A stretch of DNA of 64,000 bases from an uncultured Planctomycetales bacterium (lineage in GTDB: Bacteria > Omnitrophota > Gorgyraeia > Zapsychrales > Fredricksoniimonadaceae): assembly GCA_964520655.1 (NCBI GenBank), contig CAZFNI010000003.1, positions 70,220-134,219 on the forward strand, given 5' to 3'. A model generated the notes under the pieces. It searched no databases. It was not told the origin of the DNA and was given only the letters and a program-made list of their open reading frames with translations. This document shows, in pieces, positions 1 through 9,935 of this stretch; the first letter of the stretch is position 1; each line of letters begins with the position of its first letter. The position numbers were made by a program, and so were the translations under genes.

Positions 1-2733
1 CCTGAAAAAGAATTAGGAAAAGTCTTTTGGGATAAGGTTTATGCCAAGACAAGAGAAATGTACGGCAATGTCAATATCCCGGTTAATACGTTCAATAAGG
101 TGTGGATCACCTCGGACCAGGCGGAAGTGTTCGAACGGGGACAGACCGTGATCGTCACGAAAAGTCATTTGAAAGTCATGTTAGAAGAGGATTATCTGGC
201 ATCTCAAAAACATGCGGCAGGAGACGCCTACTCACAGACTGTTTCACCTTCGCGTCACCCATCCCCCCGTGGGGTAGCAGGGGATGAAGCCATTGTCCCC
301 TTGACTGCTCAGGTAAAACAGTCTGCTTCGCAGGCGTCGGCAGGGAACAGTTCAGTGACAGGACCCGCTCTCGCCAGCCAAGTCATCCGAGAGATCATCC
401 TTCCTGAATTGGAAAAAGAGGTCAATGAGGGGCGTAATTTCGCCAATCTCAGACAGATCTATCAGGCCTTGATTTTAGCCAGCTGGTACAAAAAGAATTT
501 GAAAGAAGCCCTGTTGAATCAGACCTACGCGGATAAGTCGACCGTCACAGGGATCGACTTGGAGGATAAGACCGTCAAAGAGCAGATCTACAACCGGTAT
601 CTGCAGGCGTATAAGAAAGGCGTGTTCAATTTTATCAAAGAAGAACGCGTCAATGAACGATCAGAGCCGCGTAAGTATTTCTCCGGCGGTATGGACGCGG
701 GCATGGCCGCGAATCCGACGGTGATCCGGCAGATCAATGACATCAACGGCAGTTTACCGTCTAGTGACAGGCTGATGCGTTTTAATACGGGATTGAGCAG
801 TGAGCCGGCAGACGCGGCGATGATCAAAGAAATTAAGCCGGTTAAGGTCAGCGTAGCGAAAGATGCCAAGAATATTGCTTTGATCCTTGAAGAGTGGGGG
901 AAAGGCCAACAGCGGATATTTGATTTATATGATGGGCCCTGGAGCCAGCTTGTTAAGGATGCTAAAGCAGGAGAGGTGGAAATTTACTATGCTAGAGGTG
1001 ATGATGGGGGCATTAAGGGTGTACTATTTGCGTTGAAAGAAGATTCTATCAAGGGGATCGACGTTTGGCATGGGATGACGGTTGAGGCCCTCAAAGGAGA
1101 GCATCAGGGGGTTGGCCGGGGATTGGCTAAGGCATTTTTCAACAATCATCAACAACATTATATTCGGGGTGAACCATTCTTTGTTCCAGATCAGAATAAA
1201 AGTGTGAATGAACAGCGCTGGTTTGATTTTATACGCAGTCAAGGGGGAGATATATCGTTCGGTTATTTTATGATCCCGCCCAGGATCTCCATGAGTAAGC
1301 CAGAAGTAGTAAAGGATCGATCAGCATCATTAGCGGGACAATTGATAACAAGTGTCATCAATCCATATTTTAGGGAATTAGTCCCAGCGGAAACGGACCG
1401 TGAATCGATCGAGGAGCTGGCAGGGGTTGTTCGTGCTGTGGGAAGCAGTTTTCTATCAAGGATTAATCTCAAAGGGACAGATTTCGATGTTTACGATCTT
1501 GTCAAGATCATGGGATTAAAACGCGAAGCATCGAGTCAGGATAAACTTGTGGCGTATTTATATCTGGTGATGGATTCGGCCCTGACACCGGAGGATAGAA
1601 CGGCTGCTTATGCATTTGCTTCTTATTATCAGCGGCAGCATCCATTATCGCAGAACAGCAATAGGGATGCGTTATGGTTGACGGCGGATTTTATTAAAGA
1701 ATTGATACATCTGATGGGTGATAAGGGAGGGGCTGGTGTGAAAGACAAGAGAGTTGATGAGGCGATGATATCAACGATCTCAAAAGCAAGGCGGATGATC
1801 GATAATCCAAAATTTAATAGATCGTCGGTAAATGTTCATGAGATCGATCTGATCATCAAGAAAGCGCAGGAAGGGTTTCTTTTTAGCTTTAGCGTCTGGC
1901 AATCGGCGCTGGGGGATGCTGTGACCTTCAGCGATTATAAATATACCACAAAAGACCCTGTTCTTATTTGGAACGCGTTCTTATTTATGATCAGACATTA
2001 TCCGAAGCTTGCGAGCAGAATGCTTGAAGATCTGCATAGGCAGATGGGTGTGGGAAAGAGTGTTCTAGGAACCGGGTCGGCATCGATCTGGGTCGAAATT
2101 GACAATACCAAGATAAACCGCATTATCGAAAGCTGGATGAAAGGGGATATCAGGGCTTTAAACTTCAGGCTTTTTAAGGACAGGGTCTCTGCCGCAGCCA
2201 AAGGGGATGTGGTGTTGTATTATGCCGGGGATCTGGGATCCCCCAGAGCGTTATTGATCGCTTTCAGGGATAAAAGAGACCCCAGTAAATGGTCCATTGA
2301 TGCGATCGAATCCACACAGGCGGACAGAAAGATGCTGGGGCAGGGGGTGCTCAAACGTTTTGTTGTGGATCATCAGGGTGATGTGTTGGACTTGCTTCCC
2401 TTGCGGATTGATGATGTACTAAACGGCCAGGAAAAATGGGAGGATTTTTTGAGGGATATTGGATTTAGACAAAGTGGTTGGCAATTTACCCGGGATCCAG
2501 GTCCGGTTCATGATGCGGGTGATCAGGCTCAGGTTGCTGCATCGGACTTAGGCGGTATCGACCTCCAGGCCACCCCGGACAATACGGCTGTACAAAAAGA
2601 CACCGTCATGGGGGGCGTCCGCATGGAGGTGGATCAAGCCATGATCGAACGCGTCAAACGCGAAGGGATACAGTCGTTGCGGCCCGTCATCTTCAGTATC
2701 ACCCCTATCACCGACATCTGGAAAGCCATCTAA
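1..2733 (+). CDS. Large secreted protein of unknown function, 5'-truncated by the window edge; paralog of the CDS at 39462-43313
   Basis: The frame is open from nucleotide 1. It aligns along its length with the 1283-aa ORF at 39462: PLNSINKVWITPNEAVVYEKG..SHLKVMLEEDYLA, GVFNYIK, RKYFSGG, and a C-terminal GGIDL...block. No known domain was recognised. Confidence 0.7.
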   Translation, partial: PEKELGKVFWDKVYAKTREMYGNVNIPVNTFNKVWITSDQAEVFERGQTVIVTKSHLKVMLEEDYLASQKHAAGDAYSQTVSPSRHPSPRGVAGDEAIVPLTAQVKQSASQASAGNSSVTGPALASQVIREIILPELEKEVNEGRNFANLRQIYQALILASWYKKNLKEALLNQTYADKSTVTGIDLEDKTVKEQIYNRYLQAYKKGVFNFIKEERVNERSEPRKYFSGGMDAGMAANPTVIRQINDINGSLPSSDRLMRFNTGLSSEPADAAMIKEIKPVKVSVAKDAKNIALILEEWGKGQQRIFDLYDGPWSQLVKDAKAGEVEIYYARGDDGGIKGVLFALKEDSIKGIDVWHGMTVEALKGEHQGVGRGLAKAFFNNHQQHYIRGEPFFVPDQNKSVNEQRWFDFIRSQGGDISFGYFMIPPRISMSKPEVVKDRSASLAGQLITSVINPYFRELVPAETDRESIEELAGVVRAVGSSFLSRINLKGTDFDVYDLVKIMGLKREASSQDKLVAYLYLVMDSALTPEDRTAAYAFASYYQRQHPLSQNSNRDALWLTADFIKELIHLMGDKGGAGVKDKRVDEAMISTISKARRMIDNPKFNRSSVNVHEIDLIIKKAQEGFLFSFSVWQSALGDAVTFSDYKYTTKDPVLIWNAFLFMIRHYPKLASRMLEDLHRQMGVGKSVLGTGSASIWVEIDNTKINRIIESWMKGDIRALNFRLFKDRVSAAAKGDVVLYYAGDLGSPRALLIAFRDKRDPSKWSIDAIESTQADRKMLGQGVLKRFVVDHQGDVLDLLPLRIDDVLNGQEKWEDFLRDIGFRQSGWQFTRDPGPVHDAGDQAQVAASDLGGIDLQATPDNTAVQKDTVMGGVRMEVDQAMIERVKREGIQSLRPVIFSITPITDIWKAI

Positions 2734-2831
2734 AATTCCAGTTTCCTTTTCCCCGCATTTCTGCTACTATTTAAATTCATTTTAAAAGGAATATAAGTCA
2801 TTTAGATAACAGTTTTAGCAAAGGATACTTC

Positions 2832-4097
2832 ATGTCAGCTCTTAAGCCATTCCAAGCGGTGTTCTATAATAAGGAAAAGATCGACAATCTATCCAGTGTC
2901 ATCTGCCCCCCTTATGATGTCATCTCCAAAGAACAGCAGGACGGTTATTATAAGCAGCATCCCCATAATTTCATCCGTTTGGAATTGACCAAAGAAACCC
3001 CCAAAGATACCCCCAAAGACAATAAATACACCCGCGCGCAGAAAACCTATGAAGAGTGGCTTAAAAAAGGCGTTTTGATCCAGGACAAGGTGCCGTGCGT
3101 GTATTTTTATAAGCAGGATTACAAATATTTGGGCCAGCGCTACACCCGCACCGGGTTTTTGGCCTTGCTTAACATGAATGATGATTCAGGCGTCAAGGTG
3201 CTGCCGCATGAACACACCCATGCCGCGGCCAAGACCGACCGCCATTTATTGTGGAGCGCGCTCAAAAGCGATTTAAGTTCCATCTTTGTCGGGTATTCGG
3301 ATAAGAACAGCGTCATCGAAAAGATCTTCCTTAAAGATCTGGCGAGCCAAAAGCCTTATCTGGAGGCGGTGGACCAGGACAAGGTCAAGCACATGATCTG
3401 GCGCCTGGAAGATCCGGCCAAGATCGAGTTGATCGCCAATGTGTTAGACGGCCAGAATATCTTCATCTGCGACGGGCATCATCGTTTCGAGGTGGCCAAT
3501 CAGATCCGCAAGGATTTCTTGAAGAAAACAAAGAATCCGACCGGCAAAGAGCCGTTTAATTTCGTGATGGCGTATTACACCAATATGGATTCCAAAGACC
3601 TGCAGATCTTTCCGATCCATCGTATCGTCAAGAAATTCCCGATCAGTGTCAATTTATTGGAACAGTATTTCCGCATTGACAAGATCAAGACCAAGACTGA
3701 CCTGATGGTGCTCTTGGCGCGCGCCGGGCAGAATGAACATGCGTTCGGGCTGTGTTTAAAAGACGGGATGTATCTGTTAAGACTTAAGAGCAAGACATTG
3801 ATCGACAAGGTCGTGCTGGAAGGTTCCAAGGATTATAAAACGCTCGACGCGGCGATCTTAAAAGCGTTCATTTTTGATCAGGTTGGTGTACAGTCGGAAG
3901 ATATCGTTTACTCCAAAGACCCGGATGAGGTTATTTCCTTTGTCCATGAGGGCAAAGCCGATGCTGGTTTCATCTTAAACCCGGTCTTGGTCAAGCAATT
4001 GAAGGCTGTGGCCTTAAATGATGAACGCATGCCGCCTAAGACAACGTATTTTTATCCGAAAGTCCTTTCGGGTCTAACCATTTATAAGATGGATTAA
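2832..4097 (+). CDS. DUF1015 family protein
   Basis: The N-terminal LKPFQAVFYN...VICPPYDVIS..EQ pattern is typical of DUF1015. An aaagga RBS lies upstream. Confidence 0.55.
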   Translation: MSALKPFQAVFYNKEKIDNLSSVICPPYDVISKEQQDGYYKQHPHNFIRLELTKETPKDTPKDNKYTRAQKTYEEWLKKGVLIQDKVPCVYFYKQDYKYLGQRYTRTGFLALLNMNDDSGVKVLPHEHTHAAAKTDRHLLWSALKSDLSSIFVGYSDKNSVIEKIFLKDLASQKPYLEAVDQDKVKHMIWRLEDPAKIELIANVLDGQNIFICDGHHRFEVANQIRKDFLKKTKNPTGKEPFNFVMAYYTNMDSKDLQIFPIHRIVKKFPISVNLLEQYFRIDKIKTKTDLMVLLARAGQNEHAFGLCLKDGMYLLRLKSKTLIDKVVLEGSKDYKTLDAAILKAFIFDQVGVQSEDIVYSKDPDEVISFVHEGKADAGFILNPVLVKQLKAVALNDERMPPKTTYFYPKVLSGLTIYKMD

Positions 4098-4098
4098 C

Positions 4099-4941
4099 AT
4101 GGCGCTGTTCGGCAAAAGCAATTACACCTTCATCAAAGTCAAACGCAAAGAGATCCCCGCCGGTGTATGGACCAAATGCCCGGGCTGCGAGTCGCCGGCC
4201 TATTCCAAAGAATTAAAGAATAATCTGAATGTATGTCCCAAATGCGGCTTTCATTTGATGATGAATGCCCGCGAGCGCGTTGAGCATATCATGGATGAAG
4301 GGTCGTTCGTGGAATTCGATGCCGCGTTGACCTCAGCCGACCCGCTGAATTTCAAAGGGCCTAAAACATATACGGAAAAATTAAAAGCTGATCAGGAAGC
4401 GACCGACTTGGTCGACGCCGTTATCACCGGCAAAGGAACCATTGAAGGGCGCAAGGCGGTATTGTGCGTCACCGATTCCCGTTTCATCATGGGGTCGATG
4501 GGTTCTGTTGTCGGCGAGCGCATCACCCGCGCGATCGAATACGCGACCAAGCAGAAGATCCCGGTCATCATCATTTCCGGTTCCGGCGGTGGGGCGCGCA
4601 TGTATGAAGGCGCGATCGCGCTCATGCAGATGGCCAAGACCTGTGCAGCGCTGGCCCGTCACAGCGAGGCGGGATTATTGTACATTTCTATTTTGACCAA
4701 CCCGACCATGGGCGGCATCATGGCCTCATTCGCCGGGGTAGGGGATATCATCATCGCTGAACCCAAAGCGCTTATCGGTTTTGCTGGTCCTCGTGTTGTG
4801 GAACAGACCATACGGCAGAAACTTCCGCCAGGATTTCAGCGGTCGGAATTCCTGCTTTCGCACGGCATGATCGATATGATCGTCGAGCGGCAGGACATGA
4901 AAGGCGTCCTGGCGCACAGCATGGATTACGCCCAGAAATAA
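4099..4941 (+). CDS. accD: Acetyl-CoA carboxylase carboxyltransferase beta subunit
   Basis: An N-terminal zinc ribbon (CPGCESPAY...CPKCGFH) followed by the carboxyltransferase fold (GSMGSVVGE, IISGSGGGARM), with full-length AccD similarity. Confidence 0.9.
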   Translation: MALFGKSNYTFIKVKRKEIPAGVWTKCPGCESPAYSKELKNNLNVCPKCGFHLMMNARERVEHIMDEGSFVEFDAALTSADPLNFKGPKTYTEKLKADQEATDLVDAVITGKGTIEGRKAVLCVTDSRFIMGSMGSVVGERITRAIEYATKQKIPVIIISGSGGGARMYEGAIALMQMAKTCAALARHSEAGLLYISILTNPTMGGIMASFAGVGDIIIAEPKALIGFAGPRVVEQTIRQKLPPGFQRSEFLLSHGMIDMIVERQDMKGVLAHSMDYAQK

Positions 4942-4959
4942 TCTTTAGGAAAATCTTTC

Positions 4960-6063
4960 GTGGCACACATTCGACTAAACAATGTCTGCAAAACATATCC
5001 CAGCGGCGCCAAAGCTGTCGATAATGTCAACTTGGAGATCGGCGACCGGGAGTTCTTGGTCTTGGTCGGTCCTTCCGGTTGCGGCAAGTCAACGACGCTG
5101 CGCATGATCGCTGGCTTAGAGGAGGTCACCTCTGGCGAGATCTGGATCAATGACCGTTTGGTCAATGACGTTCCTGCCAAAGACCGCAATATCGCCATGG
5201 TTTTCCAGAATTACGCGCTTTATCCCCATATGACGGTGTTTGAGAACATGGCCTTTGGGTTGAAATTGCGACGTTACCCTAAGCCCGAGATCATCAAGCG
5301 CGTTCATGAAGCGGCGGAGATCCTGGGGATCAAACAATATTTGGAACGCAAACCCAAAGAGCTCTCCGGCGGTGAACGCCAGCGCGTGGCCCTGGGCCGC
5401 GCGATCGTGCGCAAACCCCTGGTGTTCCTCTTCGATGAGCCTTTATCTAATCTGGATGCCAAGATGCGCGTGCAGATGCGTACTGAGATCCATAAGTTGC
5501 GCACGAGGCTGCAAACCACATTCGTGTATGTCACCCACGACCAGACGGAAGCCATGACCATGGGCGACCGTATTGTGGTCATGAATAAAGGTGTTGTGCA
5601 GCAATGCGCGGACCCTATGACCATTTATGACAAGCCGGTCAATAAATTCGTGGCTTCGTTCATTGGTTCTCCGCCGATCAATTTGATGACCGGCAAGGTC
5701 ACTCGTACAGGTAAAAAGTATTTCTTTGAGGAGCAGAAATTCAAGGTCAAGATCATCGATGAGATGACTGTCCGCATGTCGCAATATGAAGGCAAAGAGG
5801 TCGTCATGGGCATACGCGCCGAGGACATTTACGACAAGCTCTTTGCGTCCGAAGCTTCCCCCGAGAATACCATCAGGGCGGTGTGTGAAGTCGTTGAGCC
5901 GCTGGGTTCAGAAGTTTATCTGTATTTAAATTCGGGCAAGCATAACTTTATCGCCCGCGTCGGAGCGCATGACCGTCCGGAAGTCAACCGGGACATGGAT
6001 CTGGTCTTCGACATGAGCAAGGTGCATTTCTTTGATCCGCAAACCCAAGAGACCATTGCTTAG
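4960..6063 (+). CDS. ABC transporter ATP-binding protein, MalK/UgpC/MsiK-like sugar importer ATPase
   Basis: GTG start with an aggaaa RBS. Walker A is GPSGCGKST, the signature is LSGGERQRV, Walker B is LFDEP, and there is a C-terminal TOBE/MalK regulatory domain. No permease or binding protein is adjacent. Confidence 0.85.
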   Translation: MAHIRLNNVCKTYPSGAKAVDNVNLEIGDREFLVLVGPSGCGKSTTLRMIAGLEEVTSGEIWINDRLVNDVPAKDRNIAMVFQNYALYPHMTVFENMAFGLKLRRYPKPEIIKRVHEAAEILGIKQYLERKPKELSGGERQRVALGRAIVRKPLVFLFDEPLSNLDAKMRVQMRTEIHKLRTRLQTTFVYVTHDQTEAMTMGDRIVVMNKGVVQQCADPMTIYDKPVNKFVASFIGSPPINLMTGKVTRTGKKYFFEEQKFKVKIIDEMTVRMSQYEGKEVVMGIRAEDIYDKLFASEASPENTIRAVCEVVEPLGSEVYLYLNSGKHNFIARVGAHDRPEVNRDMDLVFDMSKVHFFDPQTQETIA

Positions 6064-7324
6064 GCTGTATTTTTTGGTCATTTTCAGCTTCCTGGTGCCG
6101 CTTGCGGCATTGTTCATTTACGCCACCAAACATCAGGTGGCGTTCTTGTTTATCGCCTTCGCTTTAATGGTCAATATCGCTTTACTGATCGCTTTTCACC
6201 GCCGGCTTAAGGGCAAACAGTCGGTCATTGCCCTGCAGAAAGAAGATTATTTTGAACGCGCCAATCTGCTCAAAGCCGAGATCGACCAGGAATGGAAAAC
6301 GATCGCTATCCTCAAGAATAAGATCATCAATTACGGTAAATTAAAAGATCTGACCGAACAGTTAAGTCAAAGCCTGGGGATGGAAGAAACATCCAATACG
6401 CTTTGCGCGGAAGTTAACAAGCTCTTCGGTCATAAAGAGATCACGGTGATCTTGTACTTATTCCATTCTGCAACGGGGGAGCTGGGAATATCCTCCTCAC
6501 AGAAAGGGCAGATGCAGGTTAATCTGAAAGCCAAAAAAGGGGATCTCTTCGACCAGTGGGTGGTCAAGACCCTAAACCCTTTATTGGTCGAGGACGCTAA
6601 TATTGATTTTCGTTTTGATGCCGAGAAAGTCATCAATGAGGACAGCCGCAAGGTCAGGGCGCTCATCAGCGCGCCCTTGATCGTGGGGGACAAGATCCTG
6701 GGGATCCTGCGCATCGACAGTCCGGGCGCGCATCATTTCGCTACCGACGATCTAAGGTTTTTAAGGACCATTGCGGACATCACCAGCATCGCCATTGAGA
6801 ACGCGCAGCTGTACCAGAAGATCGAGGACTTGGCCATCCGCGACGGGTTGACCGGGCTGTTCTTAAGGCGGCATATGAACGAGCGGCTGACCCAGGAGAT
6901 CAACCGGTCGGCCTTAAAGAACAAAGACATGTCATTTATGATGATCGACTTAGACCATTTCAAGCAATATAACGATACTTACGGCCATATCGCCGGGGAT
7001 ATCGTGCTGCGCGCCGTCGCGGGGATGCTCTTGGAGCATTTTGATAAACCCGGCGACTTGGTCTGCCGTTACGGTGGGGAAGAATTTTGCGTGCTGCTGC
7101 CGGATTGCTCCAAGTCCAAAGCAGCGGAATTGGCTAATGCTGTGCGTAAAAAGATAGCGTCCAGAGAGATCGTGCTGCGCCGCCAGAAAACACATATCAC
7201 TGCGTCGATCGGGGTGGCTTCATTCCCCGAGGACGCGAAACTTAAAGAAGCGTTGATCGAGCGGGCCGATGAGGCCTTATATAAAGCCAAGGAAGCGGGC
7301 AGGAACAGGGTGGTTGAGGCATGA
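6032..7324 (+). CDS. Membrane-anchored GAF-GGDEF diguanylate cyclase
   Basis: An N-terminal TM segment and a GAF-like region, then a GGDEF domain with an intact RYGGEEF motif and a DxLTGL start. The TTG start at 6032 overlaps the ABC ATPase by 32 nt, so the true start may lie a little downstream. Confidence 0.8.
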   Translation: MIRKPKRPLLRLYFLVIFSFLVPLAALFIYATKHQVAFLFIAFALMVNIALLIAFHRRLKGKQSVIALQKEDYFERANLLKAEIDQEWKTIAILKNKIINYGKLKDLTEQLSQSLGMEETSNTLCAEVNKLFGHKEITVILYLFHSATGELGISSSQKGQMQVNLKAKKGDLFDQWVVKTLNPLLVEDANIDFRFDAEKVINEDSRKVRALISAPLIVGDKILGILRIDSPGAHHFATDDLRFLRTIADITSIAIENAQLYQKIEDLAIRDGLTGLFLRRHMNERLTQEINRSALKNKDMSFMMIDLDHFKQYNDTYGHIAGDIVLRAVAGMLLEHFDKPGDLVCRYGGEEFCVLLPDCSKSKAAELANAVRKKIASREIVLRRQKTHITASIGVASFPEDAKLKEALIERADEALYKAKEAGRNRVVEA

Positions 7325-8340
7325 TGGTATATTTAGGGATCATTCTGGCATTTGTTTTTATCGGGGTGGTGTTCTATCTGGCCCAGATGGTCGTGATGCA
7401 GTTAGAACAGAAAGCGGATGAAGATGTCCTGCGGGCAAAAGATTCTTATCAGAAGATCATTGACCAGAAGATGAAAACACTCGCTGAGCGCAATAAGCTG
7501 GAACGCGAAGCGGCCCAGATCTTCACGCTCTATGAGATGACCAAGGATATTACGCGCCATTTTAACGAGGATGAGGCTTTTGACATTTTTAAACGCAAAC
7601 TAAAGGAAAGTATTGCCATTGAGGACTGCCGAATGGTGGAGGATATGCCGTCCACCGACGAGATGCCGCAGGGATATGCGGCCTTTCCTCTTAAGAGCAA
7701 GGATAAAAAGCTGGGATTCTTGCTGTACAAAGGAGTTTCAGATCGGGATAAAGATAAATTCGTGATCTTAGCGCATCAGTTCGCGCTGGCGTATCTGCGC
7801 ATCAAGCTTTACCATGACGTGGAGACCATGGCCATCACGGACGCGCTGACAGGTGTTTATACCCGGCGCTATTTTATGGAACGCTTTGAAGAAGAGAAGG
7901 AACGTTCCAAGATGCGCAAGGCCAAGATGTCGTTCTTGTTAGTTGATGCTGACCATTTCAAGGCGGTCAATGATGCCCATGGGCATTTGGCTGGCGATGA
8001 GGTCTTAAGACAGATCGCTTCCGTGTTAAAAGAAAGCGTGCGCGAGATCGATATCGTGGGCCGATACGGCGGCGAAGAGTTCTGTGTTGTTCTGCCTGAT
8101 ACCGACGCAGAGGGAGCTTTGCTGGTCGCAGAGCGTATCCGCAAGTCCATGGAGGGTAAAAAGATCAAGGCCTACGATGCCGCGCTTCGCATCACTTTAA
8201 GCATCGGCTTGTGTACCTATCCAACAGACGGGAAATCTGCCGAGGAATTGATCGATAAGGCGGACTGGGCATTGTACCGCGCAAAATCCGCCGGACGTAA
8301 TTGTGTTATCGCTTTTGGCGAGTATAATAAGTCATCATGA
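7321..8340 (+). CDS. Membrane-anchored GGDEF diguanylate cyclase
   Basis: An N-terminal TM segment and a GGDEF domain (TDALTGVYTRR, RYGGEEF). An ATGATG start overlaps the upstream stop, giving translational coupling. Confidence 0.8.
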   Translation: MMVYLGIILAFVFIGVVFYLAQMVVMQLEQKADEDVLRAKDSYQKIIDQKMKTLAERNKLEREAAQIFTLYEMTKDITRHFNEDEAFDIFKRKLKESIAIEDCRMVEDMPSTDEMPQGYAAFPLKSKDKKLGFLLYKGVSDRDKDKFVILAHQFALAYLRIKLYHDVETMAITDALTGVYTRRYFMERFEEEKERSKMRKAKMSFLLVDADHFKAVNDAHGHLAGDEVLRQIASVLKESVREIDIVGRYGGEEFCVVLPDTDAEGALLVAERIRKSMEGKKIKAYDAALRITLSIGLCTYPTDGKSAEELIDKADWALYRAKSAGRNCVIAFGEYNKSS

Positions 8341-9455
8341 AAATCTCAAGCAAGATCATCCTGTTGATCGTCCTGTTGTTGTGCGGCCTGTCGTTCTCGG
8401 CCCTTAGCGGCCTTAATCAGATGCGCCAGATCCGTCAGGAGTATTCCGATATGGTCACATTCGACGTTGCCCTGATGAGCTCTGTCAATACGGTGTATCA
8501 GGTCCAGCTGCAGAAAAATGTGCTCTTGGCGCAACTGATCAACATCGCTGAGGAAATGGCGTTCGAACAGAATAATTTTGCCCGGGCCAGTTATCTTAAG
8601 GACCAGCTTAAAGGGATCAAGTCGACATATCAGCAGTATACGGATGATTCAAGATCTCAGGGGCAGCGCGCCACTGATCTGGCCCAGGGGGCTTCCCGTT
8701 TTAATGTGCTGGAGGAACAGAAACCATCGCTGTCCAATATCCGCGAAGGGTTGAAACGTTTGGAATCGGTGCGGGCGGATTATGATGCCAGTGTGATGGA
8801 CATATTAAAGGCGGTCGAAGCCGGAGGTTTTAAGCTCTCTATTGAGGACCTAGAGAAGCTTCAGGATGATGAGAATGCCCTGACCAAAGATGTGGCCAAG
8901 ATCTTAAAGACCGTGCAGGATTCCCTCATGTTCTCGCTTGACCAGGCCAAGCAGTGGGAGAAATACGCGTTCTTGCGGTTTGTGTACTTGTTGATAGCCG
9001 TTTTTGTTTTGTCTTTTGTATTGGCTTTCTGGATCGTCACCTCGATCGTCCGTCCGATCAAGCAGTTAAGCCGAGCCGTCAAATCGGTTGGGGAGGGGAA
9101 TTTCAACGTGAAAGTCCCGGCCACATCCCACGATGAGATCGCGAGTTTAGCCAGGACGTTCAATGACATGAGCCGCCGGCTGGAGGACTATAAACAACGC
9201 ATTGAACAGCAGAACAAGGACATAAAGACAGCTCATGAGGATTTGGATAAGTTCATCCATCTGATGGGTCATGATATTTTAGATCCCTTAACCATGATGA
9301 TCGCCTATTGCTCCTATATTGAACAGCATGCCGGCGCAAGCATGGAAGGGAAGAATTTAGAAAGTCTGCAGGGCATCCGCAAGGCCGCCACCCGCATGCA
9401 TGCCATGGTCAAAGAGCTTTTGGACTATACCAAAAGCAAGCGCATGAGCGCGTAA
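8337..9455 (+). CDS. Sensor protein with TM, HAMP and HisKA (H-box HLMGHDILDPL) but no HATPase_c domain; possibly a truncated histidine kinase
   Basis: An ATGA overlap with the upstream GGDEF gene. It has a signal/TM segment, a second TM, HAMP and a HisKA dimerisation/phosphoacceptor helix. The ORF stops right after HisKA, and no ATPase domain is found in any frame downstream. Confidence 0.6.
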   Translation: MKISSKIILLIVLLLCGLSFSALSGLNQMRQIRQEYSDMVTFDVALMSSVNTVYQVQLQKNVLLAQLINIAEEMAFEQNNFARASYLKDQLKGIKSTYQQYTDDSRSQGQRATDLAQGASRFNVLEEQKPSLSNIREGLKRLESVRADYDASVMDILKAVEAGGFKLSIEDLEKLQDDENALTKDVAKILKTVQDSLMFSLDQAKQWEKYAFLRFVYLLIAVFVLSFVLAFWIVTSIVRPIKQLSRAVKSVGEGNFNVKVPATSHDEIASLARTFNDMSRRLEDYKQRIEQQNKDIKTAHEDLDKFIHLMGHDILDPLTMMIAYCSYIEQHAGASMEGKNLESLQGIRKAATRMHAMVKELLDYTKSKRMSA

Positions 9456-9488
9456 ACTACCCATTCACTATCATGAAACGGGTCCTGT

Positions 9489-9594
9489 CACCGACATGTT
9501 TGTTCCGTCCTCGCGTCACCCATCCCCCGGTGGGGTAGCGAAAGATAAAACTTACGCTTCCCCTGACGCTGCGGTCAGAACAAACATATCGGTG
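9489..9594. repeat. Inverted repeat of 17 bp (one mismatch) flanking a ~72-nt loop; a hairpin element
   Basis: caccgacatgtttgttc at 9489-9505 pairs with gaacaaacatatcggtg at 9578-9594. The loop carries a ~31-nt motif also found inside the CDS at 247-278. Confidence 0.5.
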
Positions 9595-9633
9595 CCACCC
9601 GTAAGCATAAGATAGACTAAGTAATGTCAAGCC

Positions 9634-9804
9634 AACCCGCAGGGATACGGGATGTTCCTAAAAGACGCGAACGTCCCCCACCAGATGCCACCCTAACAAC
9701 ATAATCAACGACTAACCCCAACCGTTGCCATAGATATTGTGCATCTGTTGTGGGGGCTGGGGGGGTGAGCGGCTTGAAGGAAGCATCCCGTGTCCCTGCG
9801 GGTT
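9634..9804. repeat. Inverted repeat of ~21 bp flanking ~130 nt that itself contains a nested 13-15 bp inverted repeat
   Basis: aacccgcagggatacgggatg at 9634-9654 pairs with catcccgtgtccctgcgggtt at 9784-9804 (one G-U). Nested inside, cccccaccagatg at 9676-9688 pairs with catctgttgtggggg at 9742-9756. Confidence 0.5.
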
Positions 9805-9867
9805 TCATGCCTGTCATTCCGTCATACAGGGGGTCTGTTGCTTATCACAAGAACCCTGCATTCTTTG

Positions 9868-9896
9868 TTGAATTCCATGCCCCAATCAAGTACAAT
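9868..9896 (+). promoter_or_regulatory. Putative sigma70-type promoter for the ROK/lptD operon
   Basis: TTGAAT, a 17-nt spacer, then TACAAT, ending ~40 nt upstream of the ROK start codon. Confidence 0.4.
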
Positions 9897-9935
9897 ATGC
9901 CCGTCATAAATATTATTTAGAACATAAGGGATTTT

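Noticed and set aside
9541-9600. Faint resemblance of gaaagataaaacttacgctt to the tmRNA tag-coding region (GAAAACUACGCUUUAGCAGCU)
   Set aside because: No acceptor/T-arm (GGUUCGAAUCC...CCA) and no in-frame tag ending in a stop after Ala-Ala. The rest of the region does not fit tmRNA architecture.
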